DNA of 64,000 nt. It comes from an uncultured Actinomycetes bacterium (lineage in GTDB: Bacteria > Actinomycetota > Thermoleophilia > Gaiellales > JAICJC01). The position numbers and the translations under genes are program-made. Below the pieces are notes generated by a model that worked only from the letters and a program-made list of their open reading frames with translations, made no database searches and was not told where the DNA came from. Positions 51,437 through 63,385 of the stretch are shown piece after piece; positions within the stretch are counted from its first letter, which is position 1, and every line of letters begins with the position of its first letter. The DNA lies in the NCBI GenBank assembly GCA_963729195.1, contig CAVSNF010000025.1, positions 192,287 to 256,286 of the forward strand, in the 5' to 3' direction.

Positions 51437-51723
51437 TTCGCCACCTCGACGATCTCGGCCATCCGCCAGCGCTTGGTCTTGCTGAGCGGTCGCGTCTCCA
51501 CCAGCCGCACCACATCTCCGGTCTTGGCGGCGCCCTCCTCGTCATGGGCGTGCAGCCGGATCGAGCGGCGCATGGTCTTCTTGTACTTGGGATGGGACTT
51601 GACCACGTCCACGCGCACGACGATCGTCTTATCCATCGCTGCGGACACGACCACGCCCCGGCGTTCCTTGCGCCGGCCGCGCTCTGCCTGCTCTGGGGCT
51701 TGGGTGTCTGGATCGGTGCTCAT
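51433..51723 (-). CDS. rpsQ: 30S ribosomal protein S17
   Basis: ORF track: ...[19 protein letters not shown]...HPKYKK... Confidence 0.95.
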   Translation of the reverse strand: MSTDPDTQAPEQAERGRRKERRGVVVSAAMDKTIVVRVDVVKSHPKYKKTMRRSIRLHAHDEEGAAKTGDVVRLVETRPLSKTKRWRMAEIVEVAK

Positions 51724-51932
51724 ACGTCCTTCACGGTTCGATTGCGCTCGCCGCCGAGAGTCATCAGGCGAGCAATGTCGCGCTTCACTCGCGTGAGCGC
51801 GGCGGTGTTGTCAAGCGCGCCGGTGGCGTGCTGGAATCGCAGGTTGAACAGCTCTTGGCGGGTCTCGGCCAGCTTGCGGCCGAGCTCGTCTTCGGTCAGT
51901 TCACGGATTTCACTGGCCCTCAAAGAGATCAC
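51720..51932 (-). CDS. rpmC: 50S ribosomal protein L29
   Basis: ORF track: ...[16 protein letters not shown]... The start may be a few codons downstream, because it overlaps the rplP end by 23 nt. Confidence 0.9.
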   Translation of the reverse strand: MISLRASEIRELTEDELGRKLAETRQELFNLRFQHATGALDNTAALTRVKRDIARLMTLGGERNRTVKDV

Positions 51933-52338
51933 CTTCTCGAGAGACGAACTTGGTCTTGATCGGAAGCTTCATCGCCGCCAGCCGGATGGCGTCGCGGGCG
52001 AGCGGCTCGGGTACGCCGGCCAGCTCGAACATGACCCGCCCGGGCTTGACCACGGCCACCCAGCCCTCGGGTGAGCCCTTGCCCTTGCCCATGCGCGTCT
52101 CGGCCGGCTTCTTGGTCACCGACTTGTCCGGGAACACGGTGATCCACACCTTGCCGCCGCGCTTGATCTTGCGGGTCATCGCGATACGGGCGGCCTCGAT
52201 CTGGCGGTTGGTGACCCAACCGGTCTCGAGCGCCTTGAGACCGTACTCGCCGAACTGCACGCGGGTATGGCCCTTGGCCAGCCCTCGCCGCCGGCCGCGA
52301 TGCACCTTGCGGAACTTGGTTCGCTTGGGGAGCAGCAC
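51910..52338 (-). CDS. rplP: 50S ribosomal protein L16
   Basis: ORF track: [19 protein letters not shown]... Confidence 0.95.
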   Translation of the reverse strand: MLLPKRTKFRKVHRGRRRGLAKGHTRVQFGEYGLKALETGWVTNRQIEAARIAMTRKIKRGGKVWITVFPDKSVTKKPAETRMGKGKGSPEGWVAVVKPGRVMFELAGVPEPLARDAIRLAAMKLPIKTKFVSREGDLFEGQ

Positions 52339-53387
52339 TACGACTCACCCCCGGTGCTCTCGGGAGCCGCGGCCTCGGGGCAGCAGCCTCGGGCGCAGCT
52401 CTCGGGAGCCGCGGTCTCGGGTGCGGCCGTCTCGGGCGCCGCAGTCTCGGGAGCTGCAGCTTCGGGCGTCGTGGTCTCGGGTGCGGGAGCGTCCTGGGCC
52501 GGTCGTGAAGGTCGCCGGCGTCCGCCGCCGCCGCCACCCTGGCCGCCGCCGCCGCCGCCACCGCCGCCGCCCTGACCACCGGGTCCGCCGCCACCGGGAC
52601 GATTGCGACCGCGGCCGCGACCGCCGCCTCCGCCGCCCTCTCGCCGGCCGGGCCGCGAGGGGCCGAGCTGCTCCATCTCGCCGGGCAGAGCGCCGCGGCG
52701 ACGCCGGCGCGAGTCGACCTCACCCAGGCGGGTTGACTGACCGTCGCGCTCAAAGCCCTCGGGCATGATCTCGCCCTTGTTGATCCAGACCTTGACGCCG
52801 ATCCGGCCGAAGGTGGTCTTGGCCTCGGTGAAGCCGTAATCGATGTCGGCCCGCAACGTGTGCAGGGGCACCCGGCCTTCGCTGTAGGTCTCAGAGCGAC
52901 TCATCTCCGAGCCGCCCAGCCGGCCTCCGCAGCGCACCTTGACGCCCTGGGCGCCGGAGCGCATCGAGGACGACAGCGAACGCTTCATGGCGCGGCGAAA
53001 CGACACGCGGTTTTGGAGCTGCTCGGCGATCGACTGCGCCACCAGCCGGGCATCCAGCTCGGGGCGCTTGATCTCGGTGATGTTGACCTGCACAGCCTTG
53101 CCGGTCATGTCGTGCAGCTCGCGCCGCAGGGCGTCGACCTCGGCACCGGACTTGCCGATCACGATCCCCGGGCGGGCGGTGTAGATGTCGACCGTGATCT
53201 TCTGCTTGTCCTTGCGGATATGGATGTCGGAGAGACCCGCATGCGACAGCTTGGTGTTGATGTGGTCGCGGATCTGGTAGTCCTCGCGAAGGTACTGGGC
53301 AAAGTCCTTGTTGCTGGTAAACCAGTTGGACTTCCACGTGTGGATGATGCCGACGCGAAGGCCGCCGGGATGGACTTTGTGGCCCAT
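52338..53387 (-). CDS. rpsC: 30S ribosomal protein S3 with a ~130-aa Arg/Gly-rich and (A/T)AAPE-repeat C-terminal tail
   Basis: ORF track, 349 aa: [23 protein letters not shown]... Tail: [22 protein letters not shown]...[22 protein letters not shown]... Confidence 0.9.
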   Translation of the reverse strand: MGHKVHPGGLRVGIIHTWKSNWFTSNKDFAQYLREDYQIRDHINTKLSHAGLSDIHIRKDKQKITVDIYTARPGIVIGKSGAEVDALRRELHDMTGKAVQVNITEIKRPELDARLVAQSIAEQLQNRVSFRRAMKRSLSSSMRSGAQGVKVRCGGRLGGSEMSRSETYSEGRVPLHTLRADIDYGFTEAKTTFGRIGVKVWINKGEIMPEGFERDGQSTRLGEVDSRRRRRGALPGEMEQLGPSRPGRREGGGGGGRGRGRNRPGGGGPGGQGGGGGGGGGGQGGGGGGRRRPSRPAQDAPAPETTTPEAAAPETAAPETAAPETAAPESCARGCCPEAAAPESTGGES

Positions 53388-54113
53388 TAGCTGGAGGCCT
53401 CCTGATCGTCTTTGGTGTCGCTCGGCTGATCCTCGGCCTCGGCCTCGGGAGTCGGCTCAGTCTCTGGTTCGGGCGCGGGCTCTGCTTCGGGCTCGGCCTC
53501 GGGCTCTGCAGCCGGCTCGGGCTCTGCAGCCGGCTCGGCTTCGGCGGCCGCTTCGGCCTCGGGCTCTGCCTTGGGCTTCTTGGCGCGCGGCTTTCGCTTG
53601 GGCTTCGGCTTGGGAGCCTCCTCGACCACCGCCGCCTCCTCGGCAACGGCCTCGTCGAGCCGCTTCGACCTCGGGCTCGGGCTCGGGCGCGGGAGGCGGC
53701 GGAGCAGCAGCGGGCACGGCCGCCGGACGCGGCGCTCGGCGCTTGATCTCGCCGGGCTCGGCCACGGCCAGCGTGATGGTGATGTGGCAGGTGCGCTTCT
53801 CGATGCGGTTGACGCGGCCGCGGGCGCGGGGGCGCCAGCGCTTCAGCGTCGGCCCCTCATCGGCATAGGCCGCGGCGACCACCAGATCCTCCACGTCGTG
53901 ACCGTTGTTGTTCTCGGCGTTTGCGATCGCCGACGCCAGCACCTTGCCGGCATCGCGAGCAGCTGCGCGCGTGTGGAAAGCGAGGATGTCGCGAGCCTCC
54001 ACGGCCGACTTGCCGCGGATGTGCTCGAGCACCAGCCGCGCCTTGCGCGCGGAGGTGCGCACATAGCGGGCCTGTGCCTTGACGGTCTCGCGTTCGGGTG
54101 AAACTGTTGCCAT
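53387..54113 (-). CDS. rplV: 50S ribosomal protein L22 with a ~130-aa Pro/Glu/Ala/Lys C-terminal tail, frame broken once in the tail
   Basis: Core in ORF 53457..54113 (...[23 protein letters not shown]...). Tail continues in ORF 53387..53629 ([26 protein letters not shown]...). Frames join near 53660. TAATG overlap with rpsC. Confidence 0.85.
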
Positions 54114-54116
54114 CGG

Positions 54117-54401
54117 TTAGCGGCCCTTCAGCCGGGAGGTGCGGTCATTGCCGTGCCCGCGGTAGGTGCGAGTGGGCGCGAACTCGCCCAGCTTGTGCCC
54201 GACCATCGACTCCGACACGAACACAGGCACGTGCTTGCGGCCGTCGTGGACCGCGATCGTGTGCCCCACGAACTCTGGGAAGATGGTGGACGCGCGCGAC
54301 CAGGTCTTGAGCATGCGCTTCTGCTGGGTCTGATTCATTTCCTCGACCCGCTTCATCAGTTTGGGGTCGACGAAAGGCCCCTTCTTGCTCGATCGGCTCA
54401 T
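54117..54401 (-). CDS. rpsS: 30S ribosomal protein S19
   Basis: ORF track: [19 protein letters not shown]... Confidence 0.95.
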   Translation of the reverse strand: MSRSSKKGPFVDPKLMKRVEEMNQTQQKRMLKTWSRASTIFPEFVGHTIAVHDGRKHVPVFVSESMVGHKLGEFAPTRTYRGHGNDRTSRLKGR

Positions 54402-55240
54402 CGCTTCTTCCCCTTGCCTCGGCGCCGCGGCCTAACGATGTCCTGCGTCGAGGCCTTCTTCTTGTTCCGCGTGCGGAAGCCGAGAGTCGGCTTGCCCCAG
54501 GGCGTAACCGGATGGCTGCCCTTGTTCTTGCCCTCGCCGCCGCCGTGCGGATGGTCGACGGGGTTCATCACAGTTCCGCGCACCGTCGGGCGCTTGCCCT
54601 TCCAGCGCGAGCGCCCGGCCTTGCCGCCGGACTCGATCTCGTGCGTGACGTTTCCGAGCTGGCCGACGGTCGCGCGGCAGGTCTCATCGACCCGGCGCAT
54701 CTCGCCGGACGGCAGTCGCAGCAGCGCCTTGCCGCCCTCGCGGGCCACCAGCTGGGCCGAACCGCCCGCCGAGCGCACCATCTTGCCGCCCTGGCCGGGC
54801 CGCAGCTCGACGTTGTGGACGGTGGTGCCGGTGGGCATGCTGGACAGCGGCAACGCGTTGCCGGGGCGGATGTCGACGTTGGGGCCGGACTCGACCTTGG
54901 CGCCCACCCGCAGCCGCAGCGGCGCCAGGATGTAGCGCTTCTCGCCGTCGGCGTAGTGCAGAAGCGCGATTCGCGACGACCGGTTGGGGTCGTACTCGAT
55001 CGAGTGCACCTTGGCGGGAATCCCGTCCTTGGTGCGCTTGAAATCGATCAGGCGATAGCGGCGCTTGTGGCCGCCGCCGCGATGGCGCGTGGTGATGCGG
55101 CCGTTGACGTTACGCCCGCCGTGCTTGTGCAGCGGCGCGAGCAGCGTCTTCTCGGGCTCGGACTTGGTGATCTCGGAGAAGTCCGAGACCGTCATGAACC
55201 GACGCCCCGGCGATGTTGGTTTGAATTTTCTGACTGCCAT
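54398..55240 (-). CDS. rplB: 50S ribosomal protein L2
   Basis: ORF track, 280 aa: [21 protein letters not shown]... Confidence 0.95.
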   Translation of the reverse strand: MAVRKFKPTSPGRRFMTVSDFSEITKSEPEKTLLAPLHKHGGRNVNGRITTRHRGGGHKRRYRLIDFKRTKDGIPAKVHSIEYDPNRSSRIALLHYADGEKRYILAPLRLRVGAKVESGPNVDIRPGNALPLSSMPTGTTVHNVELRPGQGGKMVRSAGGSAQLVAREGGKALLRLPSGEMRRVDETCRATVGQLGNVTHEIESGGKAGRSRWKGKRPTVRGTVMNPVDHPHGGGEGKNKGSHPVTPWGKPTLGFRTRNKKKASTQDIVRPRRRGKGKKR

Positions 55241-55246
55241 CGCTGT

Positions 55247-55543
55247 CTAGACCCCCGGTCCGAACGCTTCGATGGTCTGGCCCTCGGCGATCGTGACGAC
55301 CGCCTTCTTCCAGCCCGGACGCGTACCGACGCTCGTGCCGCGGCGCTTGGGCTTGGCCTGAACCTTGATGATGTTGACCGCGATCACGTCGACGCCGAAG
55401 ACCTCTTCGACAGCCTGCCGAACCTGGGTCTTGTGCGCCGAGGCGAGCACCTTGAAGGTGTACTTGCGACGCTCGGCGATGAGCCCGTAGCTCTTCTCCG
55501 AGACGACCGGCGCGACCAACACACTGCGAGCCTCACCGTTCAC
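55247..55543 (-). CDS. rplW: 50S ribosomal protein L23
   Basis: GTG 55543 within ORF 55247..56167: [32 protein letters not shown]... GTGA overlap with rplD. Confidence 0.9.
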   Translation of the reverse strand: MNGEARSVLVAPVVSEKSYGLIAERRKYTFKVLASAHKTQVRQAVEEVFGVDVIAVNIIKVQAKPKRRGTSVGTRPGWKKAVVTIAEGQTIEAFGPGV

Positions 55544-56157
55544 GTCGCGCTCCCTTCCAGCGCCTTCAGCGCGGACTTGGTGATGGCCAGCCGGCGCGCC
55601 CAGACGACGTCTGCGACCTCGAGGCCGTTGACGTCGATCACGTGGGTGCGGTGGAGATTGCGGAACGAGCGGGCGGCGGCGTCCTCCTCGGAGGTGACCA
55701 CGACGACCAGCGGGCCGCGATCGTGCCAGTCGGCCACCAGCTCGGCCGCCTGCTTGGTCTTGGGCGCCTTGAAGGCAGCTCCGTCGAGCGCCGCCAACGT
55801 GCCTCCGGCAGCATGCGCCGAGAGGGCGATTTGCAGGGCTTTTTGATGCGCCTTGCGATTCACCTTGCCGGTGTAGTTGCGCGGGCTGGGGCCGAACACC
55901 ACGCCACCGCCGGTCCACTGCGGTGCGCGCGTGGTACCGGCGCGCGCTCGGCCGGTGCCCTTCTGGCGCCACGGCTTGGAACGACCGCCGGCAACCATGC
56001 CGCGGGTCTTGGTGGCGTGCGTGCCCTGACGGCGGGCGGCCAGCTCTGCGCGCACGACCTCGTGCACCAGACTGTCGTTGCGCTCGGCTCCGAAGGTGCC
56101 CGGGTCGAGCTTGGCCTTGGTGGTGGCGCCCAGTACGGGTGCGTTCAGCGCGGCCAT
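55540..56157 (-). CDS. rplD: 50S ribosomal protein L4
   Basis: ORF track, 205 aa: ...[32 protein letters not shown]... Confidence 0.95.
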   Translation of the reverse strand: MAALNAPVLGATTKAKLDPGTFGAERNDSLVHEVVRAELAARRQGTHATKTRGMVAGGRSKPWRQKGTGRARAGTTRAPQWTGGGVVFGPSPRNYTGKVNRKAHQKALQIALSAHAAGGTLAALDGAAFKAPKTKQAAELVADWHDRGPLVVVVTSEEDAAARSFRNLHRTHVIDVNGLEVADVVWARRLAITKSALKALEGSAT

Positions 56158-56790
56158 CAGGAGTCACTCCGGATCTCGACCACGCCGCCGATCGCGCCGG
56201 GGACAGCGCCCTTGATCAGCAGCAGATTCTTCTCGGCGTCGACCTCGACCACCGACAGGCCCCGCTGGGTGACGCGCTCAGCTGCCCATGTGGCCCGCCA
56301 TCTTCATGCCCTTGAACACCCGCGCGGGATACGCCGCGGCACCAATCGATCCGGGAGCACGCACGTTGTGCGAGCCGTGCGACACGGGGCCGCGATGGAA
56401 GCGGTGGCGCTTGATCGTGCCGGCAAAGCCCTTGCCTTTGGACGTCCCCGACACCTTGACCTTGTCGCCGACCTCGAAGGCCTCGACCGTCACGCTCTCG
56501 CCGACGGCGAATCCCTCGACCCCGCGCAACTCGACCAGATGCTTGTGCGGGCCGACGCCCGCGGTCGCCAGGTGGCCGATCTCGGGCTTGGTGAGCTTGC
56601 GCGGCTTGACCTCGCCATAGGCGATCTGAACGGCGGTGTACCCGTCGACATCCTGGGTACGCACGGCCGCGACCGGGCACGGCCCCGCCTCGATCACCGT
56701 GACGGGAGTCACACGACCGGATTCCTCATCGAAGAGCTGGGTCATCCCGAGCTTGGTACCGATGATGCCTTTTGAAGCAAACTGGGCCAT
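56157..56790 (-). CDS. rplC: 50S ribosomal protein L3, frame broken once
   Basis: ATG 56790 [21 protein letters not shown]... in ORF 56278..56820. The last ~42 aa ([41 protein letters not shown]) are in another frame ending at TGA 56157. Frames join near 56285. Confidence 0.9.
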
Positions 56791-56794
56791 CGCG

Positions 56795-57103
56795 CTACAG
56801 CTTGATCTCGATGTCGACACCGGCCGGCAGATCGAGCCGCATCAGCGAATCGACCGTCTTGGGTGTCGGTTGGTGGATATCGATCAGCCGCTTGTGAGTG
56901 CGGATCTCGAAGTGCTCACGTGAGTCCTTGTCCTTGAAGGGACCGCGAATCACGCAGTACACGTTCTTTTCGGTAGGGAGAGGCACAGGGCCCGACACCG
57001 AAGCGCCGGACCGCTGGGCCGTCTCCACGATCGAGCGAGCCGACAGGTCGACCTGAGTATGGTCGTAGCCTTTCAGGCGTATGCGGATCTTTTGAGCTGC
57101 CAC
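56795..57103 (-). CDS. rpsJ: 30S ribosomal protein S10
   Basis: ORF track: [19 protein letters not shown]... Confidence 0.95.
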   Translation of the reverse strand: MAAQKIRIRLKGYDHTQVDLSARSIVETAQRSGASVSGPVPLPTEKNVYCVIRGPFKDKDSREHFEIRTHKRLIDIHQPTPKTVDSLMRLDLPAGVDIEIKL

Positions 57104-57137
57104 GATTTCAGTCGTTCCCGTCGATCGTTTACGAGGT

Positions 57138-58328
<1,191 letters not shown>

Positions 58329-58339
58329 TCGGGTCTCCT

Positions 58340-60448
58340 TTAGCCCTGTGCTTCCGTCAGCTTTTCTGCGATTGAGTGCGGCACTTCTGCGTAGTGAAGG
58401 AACTGCATCGTATAGGTGGCTCGCCCCTGGCTCATGGTGCGAACGTCAGTGGCGTAACCGAACATCTCCGCCAGCGGCACACGGGCTCGAATCACCTGTG
58501 CGTTGCCGCGTGGCTCCATGCCTTCGATCTGTCCTCGGCGCGAGTTGATGTTGCCGATGACGTCGCCCATGTACTCCTCGGGGGTGACCACTTCGACCGA
58601 CATGATCGGCTCCAGCAGTACCGGTTTGGCGCGCTTTGCGGCCTCTTTGAAGGCCATTGAGCCGGCGATCTTGAACGCCATCTCGGAGGAGTCGACGTCG
58701 TGGTAGGAACCGTCCACCAGCTGCACCTTGGCGTCGACCACCGGGAAGCCCGAGAGCACACCGGCGTTCATCGCCTCTTGGATGCCGGCGTCCACCGAGT
58801 TGATGTACTCGCGGGGGATGGCGCCGCCCACGATCTTGTTTTCGAACTCGTACCCGCCGCCCTGCTCGTTCGGCTCCAGGTTGATGACCGCGTGGCCGTA
58901 CTGGCCGCGACCGCCGGTCTGGCGCACGAACTTGCCGTGGATGCCGGTGACGGCGTTTCGAATCGTCTCGCGATAGGCCACCTGGGGGCGACCGACGTTG
59001 GCGTCGACCTTGAACTCGCGCATCAGCCGATCGACGATGATCTCGAGGTGCAGCTCGCCCATGCCGGCGATGATCGTCTGGCCGGTCTCCTCGTTGGTGC
59101 GCACGCGGAAGGTGGGATCCTCCTCGGCGAGGCGCTGGAGGGCGGTGGTGAGCTTGTCCTGGTCGGCCTTGGTCTTGGGCTCGACGGCCACGTCGATCAC
59201 CGGGTCGGGGAAGTCGATCGACTCCAGCAACACCGGATGGTTGGGATCACACAGCGTGTCGCCGGTGGTGGTCTGCTTCAGGCCGACGGCCGCGGCGATC
59301 GCGCCGGCGCCGATCTGCTCGACGTCCTCGCGGTGGTTTGCATGCATCTCGAGCAGCCGGCCGACGCGCTCCTTGCGGCCGGTCGATGCGTTCAGCAGGT
59401 ATGAGCCGGAGCCCAGCTTGCCGGAGTACACGCGGAAATAGGTGAGCTTGCCGACGAACGGGTCGGACATGACCTTGAAGGCCAGCGCCGAGAACGGCTC
59501 GCTGAGGTCGGCCTTGCGGGTGACATCGTGCCCGTCGGAGGGGTCGGTGGCGACCACCGGCTTCACGTCCAGCGGCGAAGGCAGATAGTCGATGACCGCG
59601 TCCAGCAACGGCTGCACGCCCTTGTTCTTGAAGGCAGAGCCGAGCAGCACCGGCGTGATGGTGTTGTCGAGCGTGGCCGCGCGGATGGCAGCGCGCAGCT
59701 GCGCCTCCTCGACCGGCTCGTCCTCGAGGAAGGCCACCATGATCTCTTCGTCGTGGTCGGCGACGGCCTCGATCATGGCGTGGCGACAGGCCTCGGCCTG
59801 CTCGCGCAGCTCCGCGGGGATCTCGTCCTCTTCCCATGACTGACCGAGCGGATCGACGTAGCGGATGCCCTTCATCGTGACCAGGTCGACGTGGCCCATG
59901 AACTGATCCTCGGCGCCGATCGGAATCTGCAGCGGCACGGCGTTTGCACCCAGCCGGTCGACCATGGTCGCGACCGCGTTGAAGAAGTCGGCGCCGGTGC
60001 GGTCCATCTTGTTGATGAACGCGATCCGCGGCACCTCATACTTGTCGGCCTGGCGCCAGACCGTCTCGGACTGCGGCTGAACGCCGGCAACCGAGTCGAA
60101 CAGCGCGACCGCGCCGTCCAAAACGCGCAGGCTGCGCTCGACCTCGACGGTAAAGTCCACGTGCCCGGGAGTGTCGATAATGTTGATGCGAGAATCACGC
60201 CAGAAACACGTGGTGGCAGCCGACGTGATCGTGATGCCACGCTCCTGCTCCTGCACCATCCAGTCCATGGTGGCGGCGCCCTCGTGCACCTCGCCCATCT
60301 TGTGGTTGCGGCCGGTGTAATACAGGATGCGCTCGGTAGTGGTGGTTTTCCCGGCATCGATGTGGGCCATGATGCCGATGTTCCGCACCCGGTCGAGCTC
60401 TTCCATCTTGGGCACGCGAGTGCCTGACTGTGTTTGGGTGACTGCCAC
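58340..60448 (-). CDS. fusA: Elongation factor G
   Basis: ORF 58340..60568. GTG 60448 (VAVTQTQSG...[18 protein letters not shown]) lies 14 nt after the rpsG stop, with a GGAG SD. The longer ORF would overlap rpsG. Confidence 0.95.
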   Translation of the reverse strand: MAVTQTQSGTRVPKMEELDRVRNIGIMAHIDAGKTTTTERILYYTGRNHKMGEVHEGAATMDWMVQEQERGITITSAATTCFWRDSRINIIDTPGHVDFTVEVERSLRVLDGAVALFDSVAGVQPQSETVWRQADKYEVPRIAFINKMDRTGADFFNAVATMVDRLGANAVPLQIPIGAEDQFMGHVDLVTMKGIRYVDPLGQSWEEDEIPAELREQAEACRHAMIEAVADHDEEIMVAFLEDEPVEEAQLRAAIRAATLDNTITPVLLGSAFKNKGVQPLLDAVIDYLPSPLDVKPVVATDPSDGHDVTRKADLSEPFSALAFKVMSDPFVGKLTYFRVYSGKLGSGSYLLNASTGRKERVGRLLEMHANHREDVEQIGAGAIAAAVGLKQTTTGDTLCDPNHPVLLESIDFPDPVIDVAVEPKTKADQDKLTTALQRLAEEDPTFRVRTNEETGQTIIAGMGELHLEIIVDRLMREFKVDANVGRPQVAYRETIRNAVTGIHGKFVRQTGGRGQYGHAVINLEPNEQGGGYEFENKIVGGAIPREYINSVDAGIQEAMNAGVLSGFPVVDAKVQLVDGSYHDVDSSEMAFKIAGSMAFKEAAKRAKPVLLEPIMSVEVVTPEEYMGDVIGNINSRRGQIEGMEPRGNAQVIRARVPLAEMFGYATDVRTMSQGRATYTMQFLHYAEVPHSIAEKLTEAQG

Positions 60449-60461
60449 GATTCCTCTACTC

Positions 60462-60932
60462 CTACCAGCGATAGTGCGCAAAGGCCTTGTTGGCCTGCGC
60501 CATCCGGTACATGTCGTCCTTTTTCTTGAACGCGCCGCCCTGCTGGTTGGTGGCATCGAGAATCTCACCAGCGAGCTTCTCGAAAGACTCCTTCTCGCGG
60601 CGCTGCCGCGCGAACTGGATCAACCAGCGCACTGCGAGCGTCCGGGCGCGGCGCTGCGGCACCTCGATCGGCACCTGATAGTTGGCACCGCCAACCCTGC
60701 GTGACCGAACCTCGAGCACCGGGGTGACCGACTTGACCGCACGCTCGAGCACCTCGACAGGGCTCTGGCCGGTCTTCTCGCCAACCGACTCCAATGCGCG
60801 GTAGACGATCTGCTCGGCCGTCGACTTCTTGCCGTCCAGCATCACACGGTTGATCACCTGTGTGACCAGCGTTGAGTCGTACACCGGGTCGCGCAACAGC
60901 GAGCGCGGGGTGATTTCTGCTCGTCGAGGCAT
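60462..60932 (-). CDS. rpsG: 30S ribosomal protein S7
   Basis: ORF track: [20 protein letters not shown]... Confidence 0.95.
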   Translation of the reverse strand: MPRRAEITPRSLLRDPVYDSTLVTQVINRVMLDGKKSTAEQIVYRALESVGEKTGQSPVEVLERAVKSVTPVLEVRSRRVGGANYQVPIEVPQRRARTLAVRWLIQFARQRREKESFEKLAGEILDATNQQGGAFKKKDDMYRMAQANKAFAHYRW

Positions 60933-60939
60933 GCTGCGA

Positions 60940-61314
60940 TCAGCCTCCGGCCTTCTTGGCGCCGTACTTGGAGCGCGCCTGGCGACGATCGCCGACGCCG
61001 GAGGTATCCAGCGCCGCTCGAATCACCTTGTACCGCACACCGGGCAGGTCCTTGACGCGGCCGCCACGGATCAGCACCACCGAGTGCTCCTGCAGGTTGT
61101 GGCCGATGCCGGGGATGTACGCCGTCACTTCCATGTTGTTGGTGAGGCGGACGCGGCAGACCTTGCGCAGGGCTGAGTTCGGCTTCTTGGGCGTGATCGT
61201 GTAGACACGCGTGCAGACACCCCGCTTTTGGGGTGCACCGCGCAGGGCGGGCGTCTTGGTCTTTGTGGACGCCTTTACCCGGGGCTTGCGGACGAGCTGA
61301 TTAATCGTGGGCAT
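60940..61314 (-). CDS. rpsL: 30S ribosomal protein S12
   Basis: ORF track: [39 protein letters not shown]... Confidence 0.98.
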   Translation of the reverse strand: MPTINQLVRKPRVKASTKTKTPALRGAPQKRGVCTRVYTITPKKPNSALRKVCRVRLTNNMEVTAYIPGIGHNLQEHSVVLIRGGRVKDLPGVRYKVIRAALDTSGVGDRRQARSKYGAKKAGG

Positions 61315-61380
61315 ACGGTTTTCGAGAACTCTCTGTTAGGACGCAGAAAGACACGGGCCGGGTTCCGGCCGCGACGGGGA

Positions 61381-61408
61381 ACTCTATCACGGCGCAAGAG
61401 CCGTGCAA
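61381..61408 (-). promoter_or_regulatory. Candidate promoter of the str operon
   Basis: Minus strand reads TTGCAC (61408..03), 16 nt, TAGAGT (61386..81), about 60 nt upstream of rpsL. The 11-mer TGATAGAGTTC is shared with the rpmJ upstream region. Confidence 0.3.
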
Positions 61409-61440
61409 GCCACACCGGAAAGGCTCTAGGCTCTGTCGGG

Positions 61441-63358
61441 ATGAGGCCCGCGCTGGTGTCCACAACTGCCCTGCTCACGGCCATATTTGTGGTTGGTGGA
61501 CAGGCTCTCGCGGCTGCCTCGGGGCCGCGGGCGGTGGTGCGGGTAAATCAGGTCGGATATCGCCCCGGGGACGCCAAACGGGCGGTGCTGATGTCCACGG
61601 TGTCCGAGGCCGGCGCCCGGTTTGCGGTGGTGAACGCGGCCGGGAAGACGATCTTGCGGGGTCGGGTCGGGGCGGCGCTGCCGGCCTGGAGCGGCCGCTA
61701 TCGGTTCGCGCGGGCGATCGACTTCAGCGCAGCGCGCGCCGTCGGCGGCGCCCATATCGTGGTCACCGGCCCGGCGGCCGCGGCTTCACCACGGTTTCGG
61801 ATCGGGACGAACGCCCTGCTCTACGCACCGCTGGTGCGAAACGCGGTGCGGTTCTACCAGTCCCAGCGGGACGGGCCGAACGTGATCGGAAGCGTGCTCG
61901 ACCGGCAACCCTCCCACGCTAACGACGCGCACGCGGCGATCACCGGCGCGCCGGTGTACCGGTACGACTCGCTCACCGGCGACCCGCCGCTCTTGGGCGG
62001 GACGCACGACGTCTCCGGCGGGTGGTTCGACGCGGGCGACTACATCAAGCTGGTGCACACGACGAGCTACACCGAGGCGGTGCTGCTGACGGCAGTTCGG
62101 GAGCATCCCCAGAAGCTCTCCCAGCCGAATCGGAATCTGCGAGCCGAGGCCCGCTTCGGGCTGGACTGGCTCAACAAGATGTGGGACGACTCCACTGGCA
62201 CGCTCTACTACCAGGTCGGAATCGGCGATGGCAACGGCTGCGGATCGATCTGCGGCGACCACGACATCTGGCGGCTGCCCCAGGTTGACGATACCTACGC
62301 GGGCAGCGACCCGCGGTTCAAGTACATCCGAAACCGCCCGGCGTTTCGGGCCGGCGCCGCCGGGCAGCTTGTCAGTCCCAACCTGGCGGGGCGGCTGGCC
62401 GCTGACTTTGCGCTCTGCTATCAGGTCTACCGCGACAGTAACCCCAGCTTCGCCGCCGACTGCCTGCGCTCGGCCGAGCACGTGTTCGGCCTGGCGCGCA
62501 CCTCGGGGATCCGCCGGCTGCGCACCGCCTCGCCGTATGACTACTACCCGGAGACGCAGTGGCGCGACGATCTCGAGTACGGGGCGGCGGAGCTGACGCT
62601 CGCGCTGCAGGCTGGGAATCTCCCAAGCGGCCTGGCCCACACCGACCCCATGTACTACCTGCGGCGGGCGAGCCATTGGGCGCAGCGGTACATGGCCTCC
62701 TCCGATCAGGACTCGCTGAACCTGTACGACGTGTCGGGAATCGCCCACGGGGAGCTGGCCGACGCGATTGTCGCCGCCGGGCATCCCGCCGGGTTGGAGA
62801 CGACGCGGGCAGCGCTGATCCGAAACCTGCGGTCAAAGTTGGCTGCGGGTGTCGCGACGTCAGCGTCCGACCCGTTCGGCTTCGGCGTCCAGTACGGCAC
62901 GTGGGACGAGACGCCGCACGCGCTCGGGTACGCGTACGAGGCCGGTGAGTACGACCGGCTCACCCACACCAACACCTACCAGGCCTTCGGCCGCCGTCAG
63001 GTGGATTGGGTGCTGGGCCGAAACGCGTGGGGATCGTCGTTCGTGGTCGGCGCCGGGCGGGTGTTCCCCAAGTGCATGCAGAGCCAGATCGCGAATCTGT
63101 CGGGCTCGCTCAACGGCCATGCCGCCGCTGCAACTGGGAGCGACCGTCGACGGCCCCAACCCCGCCGACGTCTTCACCGACCTGGGGTTACCCGGCGGAG
63201 CGCACAGCTGCCCGGCGGGAGGCGCCAACCGCTTCCGCCCGTTCGACGCCCGCGGCGCCCGCTACATGGACGACGCGCGGGCCTGGCCGAGCGTCGAGCC
63301 GACGCTCGACTACACGGCCCTGGGCGTGCTGCTCTTCGCAGACCGCGCGCTGGGGTGA
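61441..63358 (+). CDS. Glycoside hydrolase family 9 (endoglucanase-like) with an N-terminal Ig-like domain and signal peptide, frame broken once
   Basis: ATG 61441 of ORF 61228..63723: VRVNQVGY..., HDVSGGWFDAGDYIK, ...WRDDLEYGAAEL. The C-terminus (LQLGATVDGPNPADVF...DYTALGVLLFA) is in ORF 62849..63358. Frames join near 63127. The stop TGA lies inside the palindrome. Confidence 0.8.
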
Positions 63359-63385
63359 ATAACGGTGCCAGGCACCGTTATTCAC
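63353..63385. repeat. Palindromic repeat, copy 4 (perfect 16+1+16, opposite orientation)
   Basis: GGTGAATAACGGTGCC-A-GGCACCGTTATTCACC. Lies between convergent genes and holds the stop codons of both (TGA 63356..58, TAA 63378..80 on the minus strand). Confidence 0.95.

Noticed and set aside
52360-52491. Tandem repeats considered as a possible CRISPR array
   Set aside because: The 15-nt period has no spacers and lies inside the rpsC coding tail. No cas genes are present in the window.
60449-60568. N-terminal 40-aa extension of the fusA ORF (and similar long 5' extensions of ORFs 5640, 30698, 37340, 61228, 42540)
   Set aside because: The extensions overlap upstream genes or run antisense to them. 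Internal starts with SD sequences or stop/start junctions fit the family N-termini.
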